Positions 19,223-29,577 are shown, counted from the whole stretch's first letter. The stretch: 63,974 nucleotides of DNA, filler included, from Actinomycetota bacterium (GCA_025963875.1; 8 parts of 8 records of this genome joined end to end with filler, not necessarily neighbours in it); one strand, 5' to 3'. The notes: generated by a model from the letters alone, not told the origin. A program made the numbers and translations.

Positions 19223-19794
19223 TCAGACCAAAGGGATCAACAGCGAGCGGCCGGCGAAGGCTGCGGTGCGGTCCATGCCGTCGAGATACTGCTTGTAGAT
19301 GAAGGAGATGTCCCGCACGTGCCAGAGGGCCTGGGCGTTGACCCAGGCCGTCTCGCGGGCTGCGTCGATGCCGAAGTTGCCCGCGATGTTCTCCAGCCCG
19401 GCTGCGGCTCTCTGGTCCAGTTCGAGGATGAGCCCCGACTCGAAGGACTGCCGGATCTGCGGGTCCAGGGCGGCGAGCAGCCGGTTGACCTTGTTGAAGT
19501 CGGCTTCGTGGCTGCCGCTTTCCGGCGCCGTCCCGAGGTCCCGGCACGCGGTCACGACCGCCAGTGCGAGATCGTGGTTGATGTGGGCGTTCATCCCGGC
19601 GAGGGCGAACTGCATGGGAACCACCGAGGTGTCGGAGCGCCGGGAGAACAGCACGTTCCAGGCCCGGCAGGCCGTGGAAGGGTTCACGCAGGACCCGTCG
19701 ACCGCTCCGAGGTAGAGGTTGGCGAAGACGATGTCGAGGTGCTCCATGAAGGCCGGGTCGGCGAAGAATCCCTGGGTCACCTGCGCCTTGACCG
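19223..19794 (-). CDS. DUF5995 family protein (5' cut by contig break)
   Basis: LDIVFANLY, QFALAGMNAHINHDL, DFNKVN. Confidence 0.75.
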
Positions 19795-19894
19795 NNNNNN
19801 NNNNNNNNNNNNNNNNNNNNNNNNNNNNNNNNNNNNNNTTAATTAATTAANNNNNNNNNNNNNNNNNNNNNNNNNNNNNNNNNNNNNNNNNNNN

Positions 19895-20199
<305 letters not shown>

Positions 20200-20351
20200 C
20201 GTGTCTCCATGGTAAGCAGGCCCGCCTTCGCGGTCTCCGTCGGCGTCGCCTGCCTCGATCTGACCAGCTTCGAGCAGTACGTCTGGTTCTCCTTCGCTTC
20301 GGCCCGAGGAGCCTTTGGGGCCCCGGCCACGCGGCGCGCCCGGCCGAGGCG

Positions 20352-20644
20352 TCAGATCAACGAGGGGCCGTCGCGCACCAGCTCGCGGTCGGGCAGCTCG
20401 TTCACACGTCGCAGGTGTGGCCCAGCCGCAGCCGAACGGTTCGGGTGGCAACCAGGTTCCTGCCGGTCGGGCTGTCCGTCGGCGTGGCCATCAGCGGCGC
20501 CTCGCCGTCCCAGTCGAAGGACAGCGGCACCAGGTACGGCGCACCGTCCGCCGAGGCACTGGCCACCCAGACATCGATGTCATGGGTGAGCCGATGGTCG
20601 GTGTCGCGACGACGCTGAGGGCGGGAGCGGGGGTTGGCACTCAC
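20352..20644 (-). pseudogene. Pyridoxamine-5'-phosphate-oxidase-like gene with internal deletion/frameshift
   Basis: [20 protein letters not shown]...LGHTCDV* followed directly, in another frame, by the family-type C-terminus [13 protein letters not shown]. Confidence 0.65.
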
Positions 20645-20997
20645 GGGTCCTGGAGCAGCCCGAGCACGTTGCCGTCGGGGTCGGTGACGGTGGCCACCAG
20701 GCGGCCGCCACCGACGTCGTGCGCGGGCTCCTTCACGGTGGCACCCGCGGCGGTCACCTCGGCCAGCTTCGCCTCGATGTCCGGCACGTGCCAATAGGCC
20801 ACCGGCGAGGTCATGCCCTGCGGTCCACCGCCCGGCACCAGCCCGATCTGCTGACCGGCGGCCTCGAAGCCGACGTAGTAGGGCCCGTCGGTCTGCGGCG
20901 GTACGCCGAGCAGGGCGGCGTACACCGCCTTGGCCGTCGCCAGGTCGGATACGGGATGCAGCACGGTCTTGATTCCCTCGGTGGAAGAGTCGGCCAT
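20641..20997 (-). CDS. VOC family protein
   Basis: GIKTVLHPVSDL, YWHVPDIE, DVGGGRLVATVTDPDGN. Confidence 0.9.
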   Translation of the reverse strand: MADSSTEGIKTVLHPVSDLATAKAVYAALLGVPPQTDGPYYVGFEAAGQQIGLVPGGGPQGMTSPVAYWHVPDIEAKLAEVTAAGATVKEPAHDVGGGRLVATVTDPDGNVLGLLQDP

Positions 20998-21035
20998 GGT
21001 CACTCCTGAAGTCGTGGTGGTGATGTCCATGGCGG

Positions 21036-21485
21036 TCACTCTAACTGCGGCCCGGTGACCCGCGCTTCTCGATTCCTGATCGGTTTGGTCACCTGTTTCG
21101 CCACGCACGACGGCATCCCCGCTGTCGCGTGCGCCTCGTGGCGCCGGTAGGTGCTGGGCGGCACGCCGACAAGCTCGGTGAAGCGAGTGCTGAAGGTACC
21201 CAGCGACGAGCAGCCAACCGCGAAGCAGACCTCGGTGACGCTGAGGTCGCCACGACGCAGCAGCGCCATCGCACGCTCGATGCGCCGCGTCATCAGGTAG
21301 CCGTACGGCGACTCGCCGTAGGCGAGCTTGAACTCGCGGCTGAGGTGCCCGGCCGACATGTGCGCGCCGCGGGCGAGCGCCTCGACGTCCAGCGGCTGCG
21401 CGTACTCCCGGTCGATCCGGTCGCGGACGCGGCGCAGCCGCGCGAGGTCGAGCAGGTGCTGCGCCGCGGCGGTTCTGCTGGTCAC
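21036..21485 (-). CDS. AraC family HTH regulator
   Basis: RRVRDRIDREYAQPLDV, YGESPYGYLMTRRIERA, VGCSSLGTFS. Confidence 0.9.
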   Translation of the reverse strand: MTSRTAAAQHLLDLARLRRVRDRIDREYAQPLDVEALARGAHMSAGHLSREFKLAYGESPYGYLMTRRIERAMALLRRGDLSVTEVCFAVGCSSLGTFSTRFTELVGVPPSTYRRHEAHATAGMPSCVAKQVTKPIRNREARVTGPQLE

Positions 21486-21651
21486 CTGCGAGATCTTGCC
21501 ACGTCGCGCCGGAGGTGCCGAGCGCCGCTGGCGTCCCACCCCAGTCCGCGTCCGCTCTGGCCCGGTCTGCTCCGCTTACGTCCTCGACCTGTTCAGGCCC
21601 TGCGGTATCCGCCACTCGTCCCACGTCAGCACGTCTCGTTTGCAGTCAAAA

Positions 21652-21960
21652 AGGTGTGGCTCCCAAGTGGTCGATGGTGATTGCACCAATCTGGCCAGGT
21701 GACCCGTTCAGCTGAACTCAGCGAGGCTGCGTGGGCTGGGATCGAGCCGTTGATGCCTCAGGCGGTGGGTCGTAGTCGTCCGTGGCGTGATCTTCCGGGG
21801 CGGTTCGGGCCGTGGCAGACGGTGTGGAAGCGGCATCATCGCTCGCGACCGATGGCACGTGGGACAAGCTGTTGCGCTGATTCAGGCAGAGGCCGACGGG
21901 GCCGGTCGGGTGGACTGGAACGTGTCGGTCGACTCCTCGATCGTGCGGGCGCACCAGCGT
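21652..21960 (+). mobile_element. Degenerate IS5-family transposase remnant
   Basis: ELSEAAWAGIEPLMP...PWRDLPGRFGPWQTVWKRH, then frameshifted DWNVSVDSSIVRAHQ. Confidence 0.8.
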
Positions 21961-22114
21961 TCGCGGTGTCGAAAGACAAGAATCCGCGCGGTCGTCTTCA
22001 TCGTGATCGTCGGTGACAGCCTCGTCGAAGCGGCCGTGCTCGCTCCCGCATGCCGCACGGGCCGGAACGGTCCCACCGTCCCGGCCCGTGCGCGTGACTG
22101 TCGTGCTGTGGTTC

Positions 22115-23533
22115 CTACGTCCCCGGCGCGCTGTCGCCGTAGGTACCGCCGGTGTTCAGACTCGTGTCGCGGCGGTTGCCCATCTCCGAGTCGTACTCGA
22201 CCTGCAGCTCCTCGGGCCAGCTGATCTGGTCCCAGCTGCCGATCGCGTACGTCATGTTGTACGGGCCGTCCGCGGGCGTGTTGAGGAACGTCGGCTCCAC
22301 CGACTTGAAGTACGCATCGACGTCGGCCGGCAGCGTCGTTGGACTGTCTGTGAACAGCAGCGGCGCGTGGAAGCCGAGGTGGGAGAGCGGCGACGAGGCG
22401 ACGGCGCCCGCCCAATCGTTGATGTTGACGAGCGTGAAGCCGTGCCCGGGCCCGGTGATTTTCCAGCCGAATTCACCGGCCGAGTCCCACATCTTCGAGA
22501 ACGCGATCGCGGTCTCCTCCGGCGTGTCGGCCGGCGGTGCGTTGTACGCGACGTTGTCGTCGTTCGTGACCCGGATCACGGAACCGTACTGGGCGAGCTT
22601 GCTCGCAACCGACGAGGAGATCTGGCCAGGGCCGCCGAACAGGTAGATGCGTGCCTGCCCGTTGCGCCGCTTGAGTGCGTCGACCGTCGCCTGCGGCACC
22701 GAGTCCTTCGTCACCCAGAAGAGACCCGTCGCCATGTGCGAGACCCAGTGCGTCGCCGGGAGCACGAACTGGTAGGCGTCCGTCGAGCCGATCACGACGT
22801 CCATCATCCCGTTGTCCATCGTCGGGATGCCCGTGTCCGGATTCGTGATCGACCCGTAGAGCTGATCGACCTTGTTCGCCAGATCGGGGACGGAGCCGGC
22901 TGTCACGTCGACGTACTTGATGCCGATCTGCTTGAGCTGGTTCTGCACGGCCGGGTTGGACGCGGCACCGACCAGGAAGGCATCCACGTTGTTGTACCGG
23001 TCGATGCCGGACGGGCCGAGGCGCTTGATCTCGTTCAGCGTGATGTCCGGGACGCCGTTGTTCGTGACGTACAGGACTGGAGCGTCGTCCGGGAAGTGGA
23101 TGATCGGCGTGGCAGTGATCGCCGTCAGCGGATCGTCCGTCGTCAGCAGCGTGACCGCCCGCGGCCGATCAGGGGTGCCGTTCGGTGCGTTCGTCGGCAG
23201 TGCTGACGGCCAGATGTGCTGGGTGACCGAGACCGCTTCCTGGAAGGGGTCGGCGCCGAAGATGCGCGTGGTCGTCTTCGTCGCGATCGTCGGCGACAAC
23301 GTGGGCGACCCGGGGGGCGGCGGCACCTGCACCCCCACGCCACCGGCGGGGACACCGAAGGGATAGAGGTTGGGGTCGGGCGCCCCCGGCGGTGCCGTCG
23401 TTGTCGGGGCGGTCTGGCGTGCCACTGCCGCGGTTTCGCCTGACGCCGAGAGGACTCGGGACCCAAGCCCGAGTGCGAGGGCGACGACGCCGATGGTGCC
23501 CGTGACGGCGAGGACGCGGGATTTCTTGTGCAT
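22115..23533 (-). CDS. Secreted cell-wall-binding-repeat (CW_binding_2-like) protein
   Basis: Signal peptide, Pro-rich linker, TKTTTRI.GADP, APVLY, IYLFGGPGQIS, HAPLLFT. Confidence 0.65.
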   Translation of the reverse strand: MHKKSRVLAVTGTIGVVALALGLGSRVLSASGETAAVARQTAPTTTAPPGAPDPNLYPFGVPAGGVGVQVPPPPGSPTLSPTIATKTTTRIFGADPFQEAVSVTQHIWPSALPTNAPNGTPDRPRAVTLLTTDDPLTAITATPIIHFPDDAPVLYVTNNGVPDITLNEIKRLGPSGIDRYNNVDAFLVGAASNPAVQNQLKQIGIKYVDVTAGSVPDLANKVDQLYGSITNPDTGIPTMDNGMMDVVIGSTDAYQFVLPATHWVSHMATGLFWVTKDSVPQATVDALKRRNGQARIYLFGGPGQISSSVASKLAQYGSVIRVTNDDNVAYNAPPADTPEETAIAFSKMWDSAGEFGWKITGPGHGFTLVNINDWAGAVASSPLSHLGFHAPLLFTDSPTTLPADVDAYFKSVEPTFLNTPADGPYNMTYAIGSWDQISWPEELQVEYDSEMGNRRDTSLNTGGTYGDSAPGT

Positions 23534-23695
23534 GACTTGCTCCTTGTCGTAGATGGATACGCCCGAGAGGCTGGGCCAGTCTCCTTTGACTTGCCCGGCG
23601 TGTCGTCCGGGACAGCATCAAATTCCGGGCGACGGCTACCTGGAATCTGGTCTTCCGGCTAACCGGTAACCGTGCCGCGCGGGAACTACGCGCGA

Positions 23696-23800
23696 TTAGG
23701 TGATGTCGGTCATCGCCGCGGTTGGGCTCAATCCCACGAGCTCCCTCGCGGTTACCATCCGCCGGAACCGTGGGTGCGCTGTCCGCTCGATCGGTGCCAT
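23696..23800 (-). mobile_element. Tn3-family transposase N-terminal remnant
   Basis: Manual translation MAPIERTAHPRFRRMVTAREL..LSPT resembles the actinobacterial Tn3 start (IERTAYPRF); stop after 34 codons. Confidence 0.6.
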
Positions 23801-24047
23801 GGCCCCCGGCTCCTCAGTGACGCCCTACTCCATGCCCATCCGAACGCTGCCAAAGACCCGCCCGTAGGCGCTGATGCGCGAGGGCCCGTGGTGGCTTCGA
23901 AAGCCCGTTTGGGCCTTATCTTGGCTGGACCCCTGGGAAGGCTCCCCCACTCGTCTTGGGCCGTCGTTTGACCGCCACCGGCCACACTCGAAGGTCGGCT
24001 CTTGTTGAGAGCGGAAAGGCCGCTCCGATGAGAACGGGAGGTGCTGC

Positions 24048-24118
24048 ATGAGCACCGTCACCGTCGTTGGGAACCTCACCCGGGATCCCGAGCTGCGCTA
24101 CACCGCGACCGGCCAGGT
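24048..24118 (+). pseudogene. ssb: Single-stranded DNA-binding protein N-terminal fragment
   Basis: GGAGG RBS then MSTVTVVGNLTRDPELRYTATGQ, after which similarity is lost. Confidence 0.75.
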
Positions 24119-24429
24119 GTCCCATCCGATGTCGTCACGTCGACTGTCGGGGACGAATTTCGCCACTACTCACGGAACGTGGCCAGCCCACCCGTTTGTG
24201 CCCGACTCTTTCCAACCGATTGTCCGGGTTTCCGGCCCGGTGCCCGCACAACCGCAGAATTCTCACAGCATTGGCAGGAACGCCGTAGGGCCGGACGAGC
24301 CACCACTCAGAGTGCTGAATGGCATCCACTCTGGGATTCGACTCGCTATGTTGCGACACCCTGATAGCAACATATTTCTTCCGCACCTCTTCTGTCGGCC
24401 CTCGGGGACCGTCGGCGGCGGCTTGGGTG

Positions 24430-24637
24430 GCCTCGAGTGCGGGGTCGCGTTCAACGAGCTTCCCGCATTCGAAGCGGGCGCCGGCGCGGACGAGCGCGAC
24501 GAGGCGGGGTGCGTTGACGGCGCGCCAGCGTTTCTGGGCGGCCTCGATCAGCTTGAATGCCATGGCGATCCCGGCGGCCTTGGAGCCGGGCCCCTTGGTG
24601 ACCTTGGTCCGGTGCCTGACGTGGCGAAGTCGACTCT
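24430..24637 (-). mobile_element. IS256-family transposase C-terminal remnant
   Basis: RHRTKVTKGPGSKAAGIAMAFKLIEAAQKRWRAVNAPRLVALVRAGARF. Confidence 0.85.
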
Positions 24638-25518
24638 AATTCGGTTGGACCTTCCATAAACGCGGTGGCGTGATCGGCGACCCACTGGCGAAACGATCGC
24701 GGCGCCGATCCGAGGATGTCGACCACCGCAGAGGTGATGAACGCCGGCCCTCCAATCGTTGCGCCCCACGCGGCGAGCAGCATGTCCACGACCGGACGCG
24801 GCCAGCTTCCCTCCGTCTCGCTTCGAAACTCGTCCGGCGACAGCTCCTCAAATTTGATCCGACGCCCCAAGACGTCACCGATGATGCTCACCTGCTCTGC
24901 CTGACTCAGTGACTCGGGGCCGGTGAGGACGTAGTCGCCCCCAGCATGTCCGTCCTGATACAGGGTCCGCGCCGCGACGGCTGCGACGTCGCGGTCATCG
25001 ACGGGTGCCGTCTCGGCAGCACCGTAAGGCCACCGGACGACACCGTCGGCGCGAATCGCGGTCGCCCACCAGAACACCGCGTTCGACGCGAGCATCCCCG
25101 GCCGGATGATCGTCGACTCGAGCCCGGCGGCCGCGATGAGCCGCTCAATATCGGCGTGGAGCACCGCCATCGGATTCGGTTGCTGGAAGAAAGGGTGCGG
25201 GGTTTGGTGCGGTGATGAGAGAAAGACGACACGCCGCGCGTAGGTTGCGAGACGCTCGACAACTGCCGGAGCAGTCGTCGGCGGGGCGGTCCAGACGAGG
25301 AAGACGGCACCGACACCTCGCAGTCCTGGGTCGAGCGATTCGGGCACGGTGAGGTCGCCGGTGACGACTTCGACGTTCGCTGGCAGCGTCGCCGCCGCCT
25401 CGGAATGCGTGAGGGCGCGGACCGGCACGCCCGCGTCGATCAGCAGGTCGACGACGGCGCGCCCGACCCGGCCGGTCGCTCCGGTGACGAGCACCGGAGG
25501 CACTCGCGTCCGTGTCAT
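24451..25518 (-). CDS. NmrA-like NAD(P)H-binding protein, reading through into the IS256 remnant
   Basis: VLVTGATGRVG, IIRPG, YVLTGPESLS, FRQWVADHATAF; no stop at the usual family end. Confidence 0.8.
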   Translation of the reverse strand: MTRTRVPPVLVTGATGRVGRAVVDLLIDAGVPVRALTHSEAAATLPANVEVVTGDLTVPESLDPGLRGVGAVFLVWTAPPTTAPAVVERLATYARRVVFLSSPHQTPHPFFQQPNPMAVLHADIERLIAAAGLESTIIRPGMLASNAVFWWATAIRADGVVRWPYGAAETAPVDDRDVAAVAARTLYQDGHAGGDYVLTGPESLSQAEQVSIIGDVLGRRIKFEELSPDEFRSETEGSWPRPVVDMLLAAWGATIGGPAFITSAVVDILGSAPRSFRQWVADHATAFMEGPTELESTSPRQAPDQGHQGARLQGRRDRHGIQADRGRPETLARRQRTPPRRARPRRRPLRMREAR

Positions 25519-25734
25519 GAGGACCTCGACATCGTCCGTCGTAGGCGCACGGAGTGAATCATGCCACCTTCTTGGGAGCAGATGAAGATCATTACGCGGC
25601 GTTGTTGACGGGTTGATTCGAGGCGGCGGGCGTGCACCGGAATGAGTCACAGTTCCCCCTGGCCGTACGCCAAGGCGCATCCGCCGGAGAGCACAAGCGC
25701 AAGGGTAACGGGGCGATAGGCATGGCTCCGAGAT

Positions 25735-25855
25735 GTGATGCTCCCAACCCGCTGTACGTGTCGCTGCCCCACGCCAAGACCGAACCGGTGGAGGTGAGCG
25801 TCAAAGCGAGCTGGTACCCGGCGCCGACGGCGGTGACCTTGGTCCCGGAGGCAGA
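25735..25855 (-). pseudogene. RCC1-repeat protein fragment
   Basis: GTKVTAVGAGYQLALTLTSTGSVLAWGSDTYSGLG, one isolated RCC1 repeat. Confidence 0.55.
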
Positions 25856-26168
25856 TCAACCAGGACGGGGGCCAGACTGGTTACGGTCATCAGACGCCGC
25901 AGCGGAATCCGGCGCCACCGTGCTGGCACATCAGCCGGCGTGGGGATGGCCCGTCTGGACAAGGAGCTCAGGCGGACGTTGGGGCATCCCACAAGGCATG
26001 GTGTCCTCACCTTTCGTCGCCGTCGCCCGCCCAGCCTGACGGTCCTGCCGGACAGCCTCCACGACGAGGCTCTGTCTTGCGATGTGAGAACGGGGCCCCT
26101 ACCTCCAAAGGCGGGGTCGAACATGTGCCGAACCCGCACCGGTCGGTTCCACAGCGTCCTCGCGTCCG

Positions 26169-26447
26169 CTATTGAGCGTGCCCCTCTTCGTGCAGTCGGG
26201 GACGCGGCCTGGACCGTTGCCGGCCCGAGGGTCGGGCGATCGGGATTGCCGCGTCGATGAGGGCTGCGGCGACGGTGCGTGCTGTGTTGGCAACACTGGG
26301 GTCGTGGTCCATCCACGCGGAGATGCCGGCGCCGTCGTAGAGCAGGACGAGCTGTTGCGCGAGGCGTTCGGGATCCGGTGCCCCCGCCTCCCGGGCGAGG
26401 TCGACGAACAGGGAGCGGACCCAGTTCCGGTAGTCCTCGGTGATCTC
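26169..26447 (-). CDS. TetR family regulator C-terminus (5' cut by contig break)
   Basis: Manual translation YRNWVRSLFVDLAREAGAPDPERLAQQLVLLYDGA. Confidence 0.7.
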   Translation of the reverse strand, partial: EITEDYRNWVRSLFVDLAREAGAPDPERLAQQLVLLYDGAGISAWMDHDPSVANTARTVAAALIDAAIPIARPSGRQRSRPRPRLHEEGHAQ

Positions 26448-26547
26448 NNNNNNNNNNNNNNNNNNNNNNNNNNNNNNNNNNNNNNNNNNNNTTAATTAAT
26501 TAANNNNNNNNNNNNNNNNNNNNNNNNNNNNNNNNNNNNNNNNNNNN

Positions 26548-26883
26548 CGAAGAGGTCCTCGTAGTCGGCGAGGTCGTAGCCGAAGAGCGGGAACGACTCG
26601 ATGCTGGACCCCCGCCCGAGGACGACCTCCGCCCGACCGCCCGAGATGGCGTCGAGCGTGGAGAAGCGCTGGAACACCCGGACGGGATCGTCCGAGCTCA
26701 GTACCGTGACCGCCGACCCGACGCGGATGCGGGTCGTGCGTGCGGCGATCGCGCCGAGCACCACGTCGGCGGCCGACAGGGGGAAGTCGTCCGTGTGGTG
26801 TTCACCGATCCCGAAGAAGTCCACGCCCACCTGGTCGGCGAGCACGCCCTGTTCGACGACGTTGCGGATCGTTTGGGCGTGCG
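26548..26883 (-). pseudogene. LLM-class flavin-dependent monooxygenase, part downstream of the intron insertion
   Basis: [51 protein letters not shown]. Confidence 0.85.
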
Positions 26884-28842
26884 GTGTGTCCCGAAAGCGA
26901 GGTGGTTTCGACGTAGAAGGTCGACAGGCCACAGAGCGTGCTGTGCCAGTGATGGAGGTAGGTCCTCCGGGTTCGCCGTGCAGGCGGAGAGCCCAAACCG
27001 CCCCCAAGCTGCTGCGGTCAAGAGCCGTGGTGGTGAGCGTTGGGGGAAAAGGCCCGCCACCAGCGGGTCAGGTGAGCGACGAGAAGACGAGCATGTGCAA
27101 ACCACTGCTGACGCATCGAAACAAACAATGACGGCATCGAAACCGGGGTGGTGCGCGAACCCCGGGACAAAGGCGCACCGAGCGGTGCGCCCTCAATCAG
27201 GGGGCTTCCCTGCCTGCCGCCCTGGTGGTGCCCGGTGTATAGGTGGCGTGAGCTCGTCGCAGGCGCTGGCATGGAACGGGAGAACCTGCCGCCTCCGAAC
27301 CGTCATCCGGTCTAAATGGGCCAGCAATGCCCCCCGGGTGCGAGAGGGAGACCCTCAAGCGGCGGACACCGCAAGAGGCAGAGTACCGGGAGGAGCAGGG
27401 GCGGACCGGCCCGTAGTAGCGAGGAAGGCCCCGTAATGGGGCTGGAGCCAAGGGAGCCGGGCAGGTCAGGTCGCCAGGAGGCCAACCCGCAAGGGAAGGA
27501 GCCGATGGGTGGACCGAAGCTGAAGGTGAAGTCGTTTGAGATCCCCAAGCGCCTCGTTGCCGAGGCGTGGGAGAAGGTCCGTGCCAACGACGGAGCCCCG
27601 GGGGTGGACGCCGCCAGCATCGCCGAGTTCGAGGCCGACGAGGACAGCAACCTCTACAAGCTCTGGAACCGGATGAGCTCAGGCAGCTACCTCCCGAGGC
27701 CCGTGCGGGCGGTGGATGTCCCGAAGGACCATGGGGAGGGGGTCAGGCGACTCGGTGTGCCCACGGTGGCGGACCGGATCGCCCAGACCGCAGCAGCGAT
27801 GCTGCTGGAGGAGAGGCTGGAGCCGATCTTCCACCCCGACAGCGACGGCTACCGTCCCGGGCGAGACTGCCACGACGCCCTGGCCAAGGCCCGTCAGCGC
27901 TGCTGGAAGCAGGACTGGGTGCTCGACCTGGACATCCGGGCCTTCTTCGACAGCGTGCCCCATGACCTCCTGATGGGCATGCTCCGGCACCACACCGAAT
28001 CGCGCTGGGTCCTGCTGTACGTCGAGCGGTGGCTGGTAGCCCCCATGCAGATGCCCGACGGGACCCTCGTCGAGCGGGAGAGGGGAACCCCGCAGGGCTC
28101 CCCGATCTCGCCCCTGTTGGCCAACCTGTTCATGCACTACGCGTTCGACACCTGGATGGCCGACCACTGGCCATCCTGCCCGTTCGAGCGCTACGCGGAC
28201 GACATCGTTGTCCACTGCGACACCGAGCAGAAGGCCCGCAACCTCTGGGCCGCCATCGCCAACCGGCTCGGGGCCTTCCGCCTCGAGCTGCACCCCGAGA
28301 AGACGAAGATCGTGTACTGCAAGGACACGAAGCGCCGGGGGGACTTCGAGCACACCAGCTTCGACTTCCTCGGCTACACCTTCCGGGGGCGCAGGGTCAA
28401 GGGCCGACAGGGCTACTTCGTCGGCTTCAACCCTGCCATGAGCGGCAAGGCACGGAAGGCGGTCAACCAGAAGGTCAGGGCCTGGCACCTCAACCGCCGC
28501 AGCGGAACGGATCTGTCCGGCCTCGCCGAGGACATCAACCCCAAGGTCCGAGGCTGGATCAACTACTACGGAGCCTTCTACCGCTCCGCGTTGTACTCCC
28601 TTGCGGGCCACATCGAATCGCACCTGATGCGGTGGGCCATGCAGAAGTTCAAGCGACTCCGGGGCAAGCCCAAGCGGGCATGGGCCTGGCTCAACGCTGC
28701 ACGCCAGCGAAAGCCTCGCCTGTTTGTCCACTGGTGGATGCTCCCAATCACCGACCGCCGACCTGTGGGAGCCGTATGACGGGAGACTGTCACGTACGGT
28801 TCTGCGAGCGCCTGGGGGTGAGATTCCCCCGGGCGACTCACC
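26884..28842 (+). mobile_element. Group II intron (about 1.96 kb)
   Basis: 5' GTGTG; domain V GAGCCGTATGACGGGAGACTGTCACGTACGGTTC (28769-28802); domain VI ending ACTCACC; removal restores the host reading frame. Confidence 0.9.
27505..28779 (+). CDS. ltrA: Group II intron reverse transcriptase/maturase (no endonuclease domain)
   Basis: GAPGVD, RRLGVPTVADRIAQ, DLDIRAFFD, GTPQGSPISPLLAN, RYADD, FDFLGY, RGWINYY. Confidence 0.95.
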   Translation: MGGPKLKVKSFEIPKRLVAEAWEKVRANDGAPGVDAASIAEFEADEDSNLYKLWNRMSSGSYLPRPVRAVDVPKDHGEGVRRLGVPTVADRIAQTAAAMLLEERLEPIFHPDSDGYRPGRDCHDALAKARQRCWKQDWVLDLDIRAFFDSVPHDLLMGMLRHHTESRWVLLYVERWLVAPMQMPDGTLVERERGTPQGSPISPLLANLFMHYAFDTWMADHWPSCPFERYADDIVVHCDTEQKARNLWAAIANRLGAFRLELHPEKTKIVYCKDTKRRGDFEHTSFDFLGYTFRGRRVKGRQGYFVGFNPAMSGKARKAVNQKVRAWHLNRRSGTDLSGLAEDINPKVRGWINYYGAFYRSALYSLAGHIESHLMRWAMQKFKRLRGKPKRAWAWLNAARQRKPRLFVHWWMLPITDRRPVGAV

Positions 28843-28915
28843 ACAGCGGCCGGTCGTCATCGTCGTGGGTGACATCGCCGAAGGTGTCGAGGCCGAGGAC
28901 GAGCGGGAAGTTCAC
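28843..28915 (-). pseudogene. LLM monooxygenase 5' part, upstream of the intron insertion
   Basis: Manual translation VNFPLVLGLDTFGDVTHDDDDRPL. Confidence 0.85.
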
Positions 28916-28924
28916 CTGGTGCCT

Positions 28925-29575
28925 CTATGCGGCTCTCGCGCGCACGGCGAGCTCGAAGTCGGCTCGGCGCAGCGACGCGCCGAAGACCGGACCGCCGGGT
29001 TCCAGGAGGCGACCGGCGCGCAGGCTGTCCAGCCGGACGGTGTCGTAGCCAACCTGATCGATGACCTCCGCCACGGCCTCCACCGCTCCCGGGTCGTCGC
29101 CGGCGACGCCGAGCGCGCGGCGTGCCGGCGAGCCCGCAGGTCGGCGCCAGTCTTCGAGGTCGTGGTAGCCGATGTGGTTGAGGGTCTTGACGATCGTCGA
29201 GCGGGCAAGCCGGCGCTGGACGATCTCGCTGCTGGAGTATTGGCGATCTTCGAACATCTCCTGAACGCCATCGACGGGCGGCCAGTAGTTCATCGCGTCA
29301 ACCACGAGCTTGTCGGCCACCAGGTCGGCGTCGAAGGTCGCGAACTTGTGGAGTGGGATCGCCAACACGACGATGTCGGAGTCGTCCACAGCATCGGCTG
29401 CCCATCGCGGCTCGGCTCCCGGCACCAGCACCTGGGCAATGAGTGCGATCCTCTCGGGGCTACCCGAGGCTGCGATGGTCACGTGGAAGCCGGCGGCGAT
29501 CGCGACCCGCGCGATCACCGGGCCGACGTGGCCCGCACCGAGCACGGCGATCCGTGGCAACCGCAGAGGCGGCAA
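28925..29575 (-). CDS. NADP oxidoreductase, F420_oxidored family
   Basis: GAGHVG, VVDAMNYW, VKTLNH, GRLLEPG. Confidence 0.85.
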   Translation of the reverse strand: MPPLRLPRIAVLGAGHVGPVIARVAIAAGFHVTIAASGSPERIALIAQVLVPGAEPRWAADAVDDSDIVVLAIPLHKFATFDADLVADKLVVDAMNYWPPVDGVQEMFEDRQYSSSEIVQRRLARSTIVKTLNHIGYHDLEDWRRPAGSPARRALGVAGDDPGAVEAVAEVIDQVGYDTVRLDSLRAGRLLEPGGPVFGASLRRADFELAVRARAA

Positions 29576-29577
29576 CG

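Noticed and set aside
25900..26165. Possible structured RNA upstream of the RCC1 fragment
   Set aside because: Only short GC-rich stems expected by chance and no recognisable family motif.
27505..28779. RT as a retron, DGR, CRISPR-RT or defence RT
   Set aside because: Maturase domain, domain V/VI RNA and clean exon junctions identify an ordinary group II intron.
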